64,000 bases of DNA from Gemmatimonadota bacterium (GTDB lineage: Bacteria; Gemmatimonadota; Gemmatimonadetes; Longimicrobiales; Gaopeijiaceae). Below the pieces are notes generated by a model. It saw nothing but the letters and a program-made list of their open reading frames with translations, had not been told where the DNA came from and searched no databases. This document shows, in pieces, positions 29,841 through 38,450 of the stretch (the stretch's first letter is position 1; the number at the start of each line of letters is the position of its first letter). The stretch covers positions 608,001-672,000 of the forward strand of contig JAXHMG010000003.1 of assembly GCA_034521595.1 (NCBI GenBank), written 5' to 3'. Both the position numbers and the translations under genes were made by a program.

Positions 29841-32795
29841 CTAGAACCCGAATCGCAACGAGGCCGTCCATGTCGTCGCCGGGGGAAGGTGCTCCTGTTG
29901 GTTGATGACCAGGCAGCTGTGGCCCGTGTTGCAGCCGACCTCTGGCCCCAGGACCTTCCAGTCGTCGTTGAGCCATTTCCAGACGTTTCGGCCCGATACG
30001 GTGAGGGTCGGATTGGTGACACTCGTCCAGAACGAGAGCGGGATCTGCACGGAGAGGTTCCGAAGCTTGAAGAAGTCGCCACGGTTCATGGGCAGACCGC
30101 TCCGCTCGTACTGCTGGAGACAGCGGTTTCGCTCCGAGGCCGTGATCTCGTCGAGGCGCCCGGAGTCGAACAGCTGCCTGATCTCGATGCAGCTCGGCCA
30201 GAACGATTCCCCCCGACCGATCTTTCCGTTGGTATTACTGTCCTCGATGAAGTGCCCTCCCAGGTACTCACCCCGGGCGCTCACCCGGACCCCCAGCGGG
30301 AGCCGGAACGACATGCTCGGCGAGAGGGTCAGCGTGGGCTGTGTGGCCCCCCAGCAGAAGTCCTCCTGATACTCGGGATCCGCGAACTCGTCGGGGTTGA
30401 GGATTCTCGGCCCGCAAATCACCGGAGCCGGGTGTCCTTCCCGAACGAAGACCTCACCACCGACGGAAAATTCCGGTGCTTCTCCAAGATCCAGAACCTC
30501 GCTGCTGTGCGTGGCCAGTTGCAGCCCCACGTCCCAGGAGAAGTTCGACCTCTGAACGACGGCTCCGTCGAGTGACAGCTCGATGCCCCGGTTCTGGAGC
30601 TCGCCTACATTCTCGAGCTGGGACTGCCAGTTACCGGCCGATGGTGCCCTCCGCACCGGGAACAGGGCGTCAGTGGTCGTCTGGTCGTAGAACGTGAACA
30701 CGACCGCGAGCCGGTCGCTCAGGAAGCTTCCGTCGAAGCCCATCTCGAACTCCTGCGTCCTCTCCGGCCCGAGCTCGGGATTTCCGGGGTTCGCCGGCAG
30801 GAACCCGGAAGCACCCGCGATCTTCACGGGGCTCCAGGTACGCACTGCGTCGAAGGCTCCGGGGGCCCGACCCGATTGCCCGAACGCGGCGCGGAGCTTG
30901 AGCGTACCCCAGTCCGAGCTCCAGAATGATTCGTCCGAGACCACGTAGGACATGGTGGCCTTCGGATACGGCTGAAGGCCAAAGCCCTCACCGAACGCGC
31001 TGTTGCCATCCACCCTCAGTCCTAGGGTGAGGAAAAGCCGGTCCTGGTAACCGATACGATCCTGGACGAAGAGCCCGCCGTTGATGACGCGCATGCGCTC
31101 TTCGAACGATAGGCTCACGGCACCCGACGACAGCGTCGCCTCCCCGGGGTTGGGAAACTGGTCCGCGTTGCCCGTCGTGCTGGTCTCCTCGGTCTCCACG
31201 AGCTGTCCGCCGGCCGAGAACGTCGTGGACCAGTCCGAACCCAGCGGCTGCGTGTAGTTGGCCGCGTAGTCCACCGTCAGGGTCTCACCCACCCAGCGGG
31301 TGACGGCGCGGCGCCCGTCCGGTTGGAGGATGAAGCCGAAGGGCCGGAAGTTCTGCCCCTCGGTGTACGCTCGGTCAAAGCCCACCGTGAGCCGTTGATC
31401 AAGCCGATCCCCCAACGCATGACGGAAGGTCAGGCCCGTCGTGAAATGGTTGATGTCCGTGAAAATCTCGTAGTCCAGCAACGCATTGATGTTTTCTCTG
31501 CGAGTCGGCACGGCTCCGGTGTAGCTCGTCGATGGACGCCACGCATTCAGCGTCACGCCCTGGGCGTTGTCCCCGGCCGGCGTGTTGGAGATGCGCTCGT
31601 CCAGGTACGACGTGTTCCAATCGGCCGTTATGTCCCAGCCCAGCGAGAATTGAAAGTTCCCGCGGAGGGAGAACGCCTTCTCATGGTCGTTCACCAGCGG
31701 AAAATTCACGTCTCTCAGCTTCCCGGACAGGAAGTACGAGATGTCCTCAAGGCCGCCCCGCACGTCGCCGAAGTACTCCTGACCCCATGCGTTGCGGAGC
31801 CAGTGCCGGTCCATGTACATGAAGTCGGAGTTTCCCAGCACCTGACCGTCGGTGTCCTCGAACTCGAAGTTCTCCGCGCCGAACTTCTGCATGTGCCGGA
31901 GGCTTTGAGATGTCCCCACTGAGAACTGGGGGCTTCCGCTGGTGCCGCGCTTCGTGAAGATCTGGATCACCCCGGCCGAGGCCTCCGTTCCGTACAGCGA
32001 AGTGGCCGCCGCCCCCTTGATCACCTCGACACGATCGATGCTCTCGGGATTGATGTTGGCCAAGGGGCTCGCCTGTACGTTGCCGCTCCGCCCTGAATAG
32101 CCGATTGGGGGAACGTTCTTCGGATACGCCTCGCTCCGAACCCGAACTCCATCGACGTAGACCAGGGGTTGGTTCGTCATGGCGATGCTGTTGATGCCCC
32201 GCAGCCGGATCATGTTTCCCGAGCCGGCCTGGCCCGACACCTCGGTGATGACCGCCCCGGGAACACGGCCGCCCATTATCTCCTCGACGTTCCGATCCGA
32301 CAGCTCGAGCTCATCGACATCCAGCTGAGAGACCGCGTTGCCGACCTCTCTTTGTCGAGCCGCGCCCGCCTGACCCGTGACCACGAGCTCGTCAAGGGCG
32401 AGAGCCTCCCGCTCCATCTCCAGGCTCACCTGAACAGACGCGCCGGGGTCGACCGAGATCTGCTGCCGCACCGTCCGATGCCCGATCCGCTCAGCGACGA
32501 TCTCATGGGTGCCGGCCGGGACGTTGAGGATGAGGAATCGACCGTCCCCTCGGGACAAAGCACCCATGTTGGTGCCCGTCAGGAAGATCTGGGCCTGCCC
32601 CAGGGGCGCCCCGGTCGCGGCTTCGACGACCTGTCCCGTGATCTGACCGGTTTCTTGTGCGTGCCCGGCCGACCCGAAGAAGGATGACGCTGCGAAGAAC
32701 GCGAAGAATAGGAAGGGCGCCAGGCCGACTCGCCGTCCGAACGGTCGATGCTTGCCCCGGGAAAGAGTTCTCGGATCAGAGTCACGGGTCATCAT
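29841..32795 (-). CDS. SusC/RagA family TonB-dependent receptor
   Basis: Signal peptide; CarboxypepD_reg-like N-terminus; LDELVVTG, IRLRG, PLVYVDGV, IDRVEVIKGAAATSLYG, NPELGPE, terminal Phe; RBS GGAGG before ATG 32795. Confidence 0.93.
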   Translation of the reverse strand: MMTRDSDPRTLSRGKHRPFGRRVGLAPFLFFAFFAASSFFGSAGHAQETGQITGQVVEAATGAPLGQAQIFLTGTNMGALSRGDGRFLILNVPAGTHEIVAERIGHRTVRQQISVDPGASVQVSLEMEREALALDELVVTGQAGAARQREVGNAVSQLDVDELELSDRNVEEIMGGRVPGAVITEVSGQAGSGNMIRLRGINSIAMTNQPLVYVDGVRVRSEAYPKNVPPIGYSGRSGNVQASPLANINPESIDRVEVIKGAAATSLYGTEASAGVIQIFTKRGTSGSPQFSVGTSQSLRHMQKFGAENFEFEDTDGQVLGNSDFMYMDRHWLRNAWGQEYFGDVRGGLEDISYFLSGKLRDVNFPLVNDHEKAFSLRGNFQFSLGWDITADWNTSYLDERISNTPAGDNAQGVTLNAWRPSTSYTGAVPTRRENINALLDYEIFTDINHFTTGLTFRHALGDRLDQRLTVGFDRAYTEGQNFRPFGFILQPDGRRAVTRWVGETLTVDYAANYTQPLGSDWSTTFSAGGQLVETEETSTTGNADQFPNPGEATLSSGAVSLSFEERMRVINGGLFVQDRIGYQDRLFLTLGLRVDGNSAFGEGFGLQPYPKATMSYVVSDESFWSSDWGTLKLRAAFGQSGRAPGAFDAVRTWSPVKIAGASGFLPANPGNPELGPERTQEFEMGFDGSFLSDRLAVVFTFYDQTTTDALFPVRRAPSAGNWQSQLENVGELQNRGIELSLDGAVVQRSNFSWDVGLQLATHSSEVLDLGEAPEFSVGGEVFVREGHPAPVICGPRILNPDEFADPEYQEDFCWGATQPTLTLSPSMSFRLPLGVRVSARGEYLGGHFIEDSNTNGKIGRGESFWPSCIEIRQLFDSGRLDEITASERNRCLQQYERSGLPMNRGDFFKLRNLSVQIPLSFWTSVTNPTLTVSGRNVWKWLNDDWKVLGPEVGCNTGHSCLVINQQEHLPPATTWTASLRFGF

Positions 32796-32944
32796 GGATG
32801 CCTCCTCCACAGAAATTGTAAACGTGAGGCACCGAGAGGGGGTCCGACGCGCCTCCCGGTACGTCGACTCCGCAGGGATCCTTCCAACCTCCCGGATCCT
32901 TCCAAACCTGACGAGCTTTCAACCTTCAAACCAATCTCGTGGGC

Positions 32945-32973
32945 ACAGTACGCTTCCCTTCGAGCCATGTCAA
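32945..32973 (-). promoter_or_regulatory. putative sigma-70 promoter of susC-susD
   Basis: Minus strand TTGACA-N17-TACTGT. Confidence 0.6.
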
Positions 32974-33276
32974 ATACGATCCCTTGACAAGCTGCCTTGA
33001 TTGATTAACAGCCCATGCGTAGCACCGTGGCTCGGAGTCGGTCCAGCACGTTCAAACGACCTCCTCTCGGACTCGGCGGATCTCCCCTCCTGGGCGGAGT
33101 CCGAGGGATGAGCATCCGGATTCTGGCCTCTCGGCCGCTCCTTATCAGGTGAAGTGCCAGTCAGCGGCCGGGGGAGGCCCCCGCCCTGTTTCGCTGGCCG
33201 GCTTGCGTTGGTTGGATCAGAGTCCCCTCTTCCAGAATCCATTCCCGGTTCAGTCCTTTCGAGTCAGAGTGTGCGG

Positions 33277-33756
33277 ATGACTATCCGTGGATCCACCATC
33301 GTGTTCTTGTGCTTGCTCCTCGTGGGCTGCCACCGCTACGTCCCGACCCGCCTCGGGTCGGTTCCGTCGGGTGCCGAGGTCCGGCTCCAGCTCTCGGATG
33401 AGGGTACTCGGCGGTTGGAGGCGCTCTCGGGCTCGGATGCGGAAGAGGTGGAGGGCAGACTGTTGAGTTGGGCCGATGAGGTGATCCTGTCTGTGCCCCT
33501 CCCCTCGGTCCCGCGGATGGTGGATCGGGATCTCCGGCGTCGGATCGTGGTGGCGTCAGATGATGTGGTTGGGATCCAGGTCCGGGAGTGGGACCGAACC
33601 CGGACGGCGCTGCTCGTGGGCGGAGTGGCGACCGTGGTCACCACCGCGCTCGTGGCTGCGCTCTCCGGGAGCTTCGGGGGAACCGGCGGACCGGACCGAC
33701 CCCCGATGGAAGAAGAGGGCTCCCTACTGCCCGTGGGGTTCAGGGTGTTTCCCTGA
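33277..33756 (+). CDS. hypothetical lipoprotein
   Basis: MTIRGSTIVFLCLLLVGC lipobox; C-terminal hydrophobic helix. Confidence 0.7.
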   Translation: MTIRGSTIVFLCLLLVGCHRYVPTRLGSVPSGAEVRLQLSDEGTRRLEALSGSDAEEVEGRLLSWADEVILSVPLPSVPRMVDRDLRRRIVVASDDVVGIQVREWDRTRTALLVGGVATVVTTALVAALSGSFGGTGGPDRPPMEEEGSLLPVGFRVFP

Positions 33757-33815
33757 GACCGGAAGGGATCCCGCCCACCACCCCTGACCGACACATCCAT
33801 GCCAGGAGACGCGCC

Positions 33816-34868
33816 ATGCATGCCCGACTGAGCCTGACACTCCTGTCCACGACCGTGCTCTTTGCCATTCCTACCGCTGCCCAGGAACCCGCGGCCTGGA
33901 ACGTCGGTGAGGAGCTCGTTTTCCACACCTTCTCCATTGCAGCGGTGGATCCCGAGACTGGAGAGTCCGGGGTGGCGGTGACCACGCGGAACCCCTGCGT
34001 GGGGAACGGGGTGCCGTGGGTCCGGAAAGGGGTGGGCGCGGTGGCGACCCAGGCGGCGACCCGGACCGAATACGGTCACGAGCTTCTGGAGCTCATGGCG
34101 GAGGGCATTTCGCCGGCAGAAGCCCTGGAGCGTCGCCTGGCCGACGACGAGAATGCCCAGCGGCGGCAGATCGGGGTCATCGGGGTGGGCGGCCGCTCGG
34201 CGCAGCACTCGGGCTCCGAGATCAGCGATTGGTCAGGGAGCCGGGCGGGCCCGAACTACGTGACCCAGGGGAACTCGCTGGTCGGTTCAGAGGTGCTAGA
34301 TGCCGTGGCCCGGACTTTCGAGGCCTCGGCGGGTTCCTATCGCCACCTGGCCGACCGACTCATTGAGGCGATGGCCGCGGGCCAGGCGGAGGGTGGGGAC
34401 GCCCGGCACGGAGAGACCCAGTCGGCCGCGGTGATCGTGGCCGACCCCCGACCCGACATGGCCCGGAGGCCAGACGGCCAGACGGTGCACATCAATGTGT
34501 GCGAGCATCCTGCCCCCATCACCGAAATGCGGCGAATCTACGAGACGATCTCCGAGACACTGGGCTTCCGGACGCTCCAGCAGGAGACGGGGCGGGATAT
34601 CCTCCAGCTCAAGCTCATTCTCCACGCCCTGGGCTATTTCCGCCCGGATTTGGAGGAGTTTCCCGAGGAACTCGAGGACGAACGACTCTACACCCAGGAG
34701 GCCGTGAACGCAGTGGACCGATTCCGGGAGGACCAGGGGTGGCGAACTACGGTGCCGGGCTTCGTGGACGCGTTGACCGTCGAGAGGCTTTGGACCGAGC
34801 TGGAGGCGGCCGGAGAGGCCGACGCCCTCCGGCAGCGGCTTCTGGAAATCCTTCGCGTGCGGAGATGA
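33816..34868 (+). CDS. exported DUF1028 (Ntn-hydrolase-like) protein with a putative peptidoglycan-binding C-terminal domain
   Basis: RBS AGGAG; signal peptide; TFSIAAVDPETGESGVAV, GVGAVATQA, RQIGVI, QGN, GGDAR..QSAA. Confidence 0.85.
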   Translation: MHARLSLTLLSTTVLFAIPTAAQEPAAWNVGEELVFHTFSIAAVDPETGESGVAVTTRNPCVGNGVPWVRKGVGAVATQAATRTEYGHELLELMAEGISPAEALERRLADDENAQRRQIGVIGVGGRSAQHSGSEISDWSGSRAGPNYVTQGNSLVGSEVLDAVARTFEASAGSYRHLADRLIEAMAAGQAEGGDARHGETQSAAVIVADPRPDMARRPDGQTVHINVCEHPAPITEMRRIYETISETLGFRTLQQETGRDILQLKLILHALGYFRPDLEEFPEELEDERLYTQEAVNAVDRFREDQGWRTTVPGFVDALTVERLWTELEAAGEADALRQRLLEILRVRR

Positions 34869-34871
34869 GGG

Positions 34872-34903
34872 TCGCGTCCGGGCCGGCGCCGGCCCGGACG
34901 CGA
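34872..34903. repeat. perfect 32-bp palindrome after the DUF1028 stop
   Basis: TCGCGTCCGGGCCGGCGCCGGCCCGGACGCGA equals its own reverse complement. Confidence 0.85.
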
Positions 34904-35011
34904 AGAGCTTCTGGTGGCTGAGGCCGACTGCCCCCTCTCGCTCCGCGGACCCGAAGAAGACAGTCCGGATGACGCCGCTGCGCGCCAGTCCCGCTGAGTT
35001 CGACCCCCTAA

Positions 35012-35259
35012 CAGTCCGTAGAAGTCTGGTGGTCCGCGCGACCACCGCTGCGCGGCGGTGCCCGGGGCGGCACGGCCCGACCCACGCCCTCCGGGCGCGG
35101 GTGCCCCCCGTCGTTGGAGCCCCTCGGACCACGGCCTTCGGCCGCGGTGCCCGCTACGGCTATGCCTTCGGGGCTCCGCCATAGGAGCACGGGCCGTGGC
35201 GCTCCCGGGGCACCCGGGCGCAGCACGGGTCCGGGCCACCAGACTTCTGCCACGGACTG
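35012..35259. mobile_element. 248-bp MITE-like non-autonomous element
   Basis: Terminal inverted repeats CAGTCCGT-AGAAGTCTGGTGG and CCACCAGACTTCT-GCC-ACGGACTG; flanking 4-bp direct repeat CTAA (35008-11, 35260-63); no transposase. Confidence 0.8.
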
Positions 35260-35302
35260 CTAAGCGCTGAGAGCCACTGACATCACGTGGGGTGGACGCG
35301 CT

Positions 35303-36274
35303 CTAGGGCGCGCGAGGCGTGGCGGGCCCGGTGTTCTCGGGCGGCGTCGGCTCGTTGGGCTCGACGTGCACGAGCACGTCCAGGATCGGAAGCTCGGAGG
35401 TGATCAGGCGGTCCTTGACGTCGTGACCGATTTGGTGCCCCCGACGGACGGTCAGCGCACCGTCCACCTCCACGTGGATGTCCACGAGGTAGACCAGCCC
35501 GCTTCTGCGTACCCGCACCTCGTCGATGCCGTGAACGTCCGGTGTCCGGGCGGCGATACGGCGGACCTGATCACAGATTTCCTGCGGGGCGGCGGCGTCC
35601 AGAACCTCGCGGAGACCGCTGCGCAGAAGCCGAACGCCGTTCCAGGCGATCACCACGCAGGCGACGAGGGCAGCCCAATCGTCCGCCGATTCCCAGCCTT
35701 CTCCCAGCAGGAGCGCGAGTGAGATGCCAAAGAAGGCCGCGACCGACGTCAGGGCGTCCGCACGGTGGTGCCAGGCGTCGGCGAGCATCGCGCGACTGCC
35801 CACGTCCGTGCCGCTGCGCGTCAGGAATCGGAAGGTGCCTTCCTTCGTGACCACGACGGCTACGAGCACGGCCAGCGTGAACGCAGCGGGGGGGGCGTGC
35901 GGGTTCATGATCTCGCGGACGGCCCCGTACGCGATGCCTGCCGCGGCGCTGAGGAGAACCGTCGCCACGACCAGGGCGGCGAGTGGCTCGGCCTTGCCCC
36001 GCCCGTAGGGAAATTCGGGCGTCTGTGGCGCCGAGCTGGCACGGAGCCCACTCCAGACGAGAAGCGAGCTCGACAGGTCGAGGACCGATTCGACTCCGTC
36101 GGCGACCAGCGCGAACGAGTTCCCGACCAGGCCCGCGGTGATCTTCACCACGCCGAGGAGGGCGCTCACCACCAGCGCCGTGGCCGTGGCCTTGGTTCCG
36201 GTCCGGTAGGCTTCGTCCAACTGGTCGGACGTGGCGCGTGGCTCGGGCGGAGTGGGGGATCGAGGGGGGGTCAT
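35303..36274 (-). CDS. cation diffusion facilitator (FieF-like) transporter
   Basis: SFALVADGVESVLD, FPYGRGKAE, ADAWHHRAD, DIHVEVD, VHVEP. Confidence 0.93.
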   Translation of the reverse strand: MTPPRSPTPPEPRATSDQLDEAYRTGTKATATALVVSALLGVVKITAGLVGNSFALVADGVESVLDLSSSLLVWSGLRASSAPQTPEFPYGRGKAEPLAALVVATVLLSAAAGIAYGAVREIMNPHAPPAAFTLAVLVAVVVTKEGTFRFLTRSGTDVGSRAMLADAWHHRADALTSVAAFFGISLALLLGEGWESADDWAALVACVVIAWNGVRLLRSGLREVLDAAAPQEICDQVRRIAARTPDVHGIDEVRVRRSGLVYLVDIHVEVDGALTVRRGHQIGHDVKDRLITSELPILDVLVHVEPNEPTPPENTGPATPRAP

Positions 36275-36292
36275 CGACACTTGAGGTCCGTC

Positions 36293-36496
36293 TCAGGGAT
36301 CGGAGCAATCACGCTGGTACCCGCAGGCCCCACATACCAACTTGCAATGGCGATCGACCATGGGTTCGCCGCACAGGTCACACACCGTCCCCGTGGGCGC
36401 CCCGGGCGTCGGACTGGAGCCCCCCGTCCGTTCGTGTTCGGACACCGTGGATCGCCGGGTACGAGCATCGTCGTATCGACCGGGTCGGCTGCTCAT
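36293..36496 (-). CDS. small zinc-finger microprotein (CxxC...CxxC, about 67 aa or shorter)
   Basis: ATG overlaps the gamma-CA stop (ATGA); C-terminus CDLCGEPMVDRHCKLVCGACGYQRDCSDP. Confidence 0.7.
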   Translation of the reverse strand: MSSRPGRYDDARTRRSTVSEHERTGGSSPTPGAPTGTVCDLCGEPMVDRHCKLVCGACGYQRDCSDP

Positions 36497-37029
36497 TCGG
36501 GAGCCCCGAGCCCCTCGGCCAGGTATTCGCGGCTGAGCTCGACGTAGTGGCTTCCGCCGCCCTCGATCCACCGTGCGGCCGATCCTTCCAGCGTTTTCTT
36601 CACGACACCCGGGATGCCGGCGACGAGGCTCCGCTCGGGGATCCGGGTACCCTCGAGCACCACCGTGTTCGCGGCGAGCAGGCACTCTTCACCGATGACG
36701 GCGTTTTGAAGGATCACGGCATTCATGCCCACGACGGTCCTGTCGCCGATCTCGCAGCTCTCGAACTTCGCGCCGTGGCCCACCGTCACGTCCGAGCCGA
36801 TGACCGTCGGCCCCCATGCACCGACGTGTACGACGCAGTTGTCCTGAACACTCGTGCGCGGCCCGACCACGATTCCGTTGTCCGGGTCATCGCCGCGCAG
36901 CACGGCACCGAACCAGACGCTGCTCTCTTCCTCGACCGTGACGTCGCCGATGAGCACCGCCGTCGGCGCGACGAACGCGGACGGGTGGATGTTCGGGGAC
37001 TTTCCGTTGAACGGTAGTATGACGGCCAT
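36493..37029 (-). CDS. gamma carbonic anhydrase family (YrdA/PaaY-like) protein
   Basis: IHPSAFVAPTAVLIGDV, WFGAVLRGD, VQDNCVVH, hexapeptide repeats; start ATG 37029. Confidence 0.92.
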   Translation of the reverse strand: MAVILPFNGKSPNIHPSAFVAPTAVLIGDVTVEEESSVWFGAVLRGDDPDNGIVVGPRTSVQDNCVVHVGAWGPTVIGSDVTVGHGAKFESCEIGDRTVVGMNAVILQNAVIGEECLLAANTVVLEGTRIPERSLVAGIPGVVKKTLEGSAARWIEGGGSHYVELSREYLAEGLGAPE

Positions 37030-37123
37030 GTTTCGTCGGTCCTTGGGTCGCGTGGTCAGTCGTGGGCTCGACAGCCCGTGGCAGAGGTCTTCTGATGGTC
37101 GTCGTCGGGAGCGCCCCGGGCCG

Positions 37124-38380
37124 TCAAGAGTCTTCACGCTCCGCGGGCTGCTGGTCCAGTCGCGTCAGCCTCGCGCGCACGACTTGGGTCTCGGTGGCGT
37201 CGACGATCTCGATCCGCACCCCGGCCCGCTCGAAATCGTCTCCGGTGGCGGGCACGTGGCCGAGCTCTTCCAAGATGAATCCATTGACCGAGCGGTGCTC
37301 CACGTTGGGAAGCTCGACCCCGAGGAGCGCGTTTAGGTCACGTGTGTCCGCGCTTCCGTCACATTCGATGATCGAATGCGAGACGCGCTCGATCCCTTCC
37401 TCCTCGACGTCGGTTTCGTCCTGGATCTCGCCGACGAGCTCTTCGAGCACGTCCTCGAGCGTCACGAGGCCGTCCGTGCCGCCGAACTCGTCCGCGACGA
37501 TGCCCATGTGGATCCGGCGGGCCTGAAAGTCGGTGAGGAGCTGCGTGAGGGAGAGAGAGCCGGGCACGAAGAAGGGGGCACGAGCCAGCTCGCCGAGCGG
37601 GAGGTCGTGCTCCCCTCGTGCGTACCGTTCATAGGCTTCGCGGACGTACACGATTCCGGTCACGTCGTCGATCGAGTCCCTGTAAACCGGAACGCGGCTG
37701 TAGGGGACGTCCGGCAGGTCGTCGATGATTTCGCTCAACGGTGTGTCCTCCGCCCATGCGAACATGTCCACGCGGGGGATCATGACCTCCCAGGCCGTGA
37801 GCTCGTCGAGCCGGAAGGCCCGTTCGACGAGGAGGTTTTCCGAGGCCTCCAGCACGCCTTCTTCACTTCCGATCTCCTGGATCTCGCGGAGCTCCCGCTG
37901 CTCGTTCGAGAGCGTGGGGCCCGAACCCGACCGTAGGCGTTCTTCGAGGCGCTCGACCGGAGACGTGAGGAATCGGGATTGGCGCGCGACGAACAGGAGG
38001 AGCGGGGCGAGGGTGAGGGCGAAGCGCACCGGGTGGCGCGTCGCCAGCATCTGGGGTAGGAGGTCGCCGACGAGGAGCACGGTCAGAACCGCCAGAACGA
38101 CGCCACCGCCCGAGCTCCAGAGCGAGCCGGTAGAGGCGGTGCCCACGGCGGTGATCGCGACCGCCGCGAGGTTCAAGATTCGAGTGAAAAGCCGCACCGC
38201 GAGCTGTACGCCCGCACCCCGGATCCGCACTTCCGTCAGCGCGCCCGAGCCACGAAACCCTTCCGACTCGAGCGTTCGCAGGCGGGAGGTGCCCAGCTGG
38301 AAGGCCGCGGCTTCTCCCAGGGTCAACGTGGCCGAGAGAAGAAGCAGGAGCGCGACGACCGCGACGGTCCCCCAGATCAC
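37124..38380 (-). CDS. CNNM/CorC-HlyC family (hemolysin-like) CBS-domain membrane protein
   Basis: N-terminal TM helices, VMIPR, YSRVPVY, DEFGGTDGLVTLEDVLEELVGEI. Confidence 0.92.
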   Translation of the reverse strand: MIWGTVAVVALLLLLSATLTLGEAAAFQLGTSRLRTLESEGFRGSGALTEVRIRGAGVQLAVRLFTRILNLAAVAITAVGTASTGSLWSSGGGVVLAVLTVLLVGDLLPQMLATRHPVRFALTLAPLLLFVARQSRFLTSPVERLEERLRSGSGPTLSNEQRELREIQEIGSEEGVLEASENLLVERAFRLDELTAWEVMIPRVDMFAWAEDTPLSEIIDDLPDVPYSRVPVYRDSIDDVTGIVYVREAYERYARGEHDLPLGELARAPFFVPGSLSLTQLLTDFQARRIHMGIVADEFGGTDGLVTLEDVLEELVGEIQDETDVEEEGIERVSHSIIECDGSADTRDLNALLGVELPNVEHRSVNGFILEELGHVPATGDDFERAGVRIEIVDATETQVVRARLTRLDQQPAEREDS

Positions 38381-38450
38381 GTGGTGTCCCTTTCGCGGAA
38401 GGGACTTCTGCTCGTACTCGGAGGGCGATCACCACGTCCGGTACTTCGTG

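Noticed and set aside
34990-35008. GAGTTCGACCCC as a tRNA T-arm or attachment-site remnant
   Set aside because: No cloverleaf, and no match to the tRNA-Leu 3' end beyond the common TTCGA core
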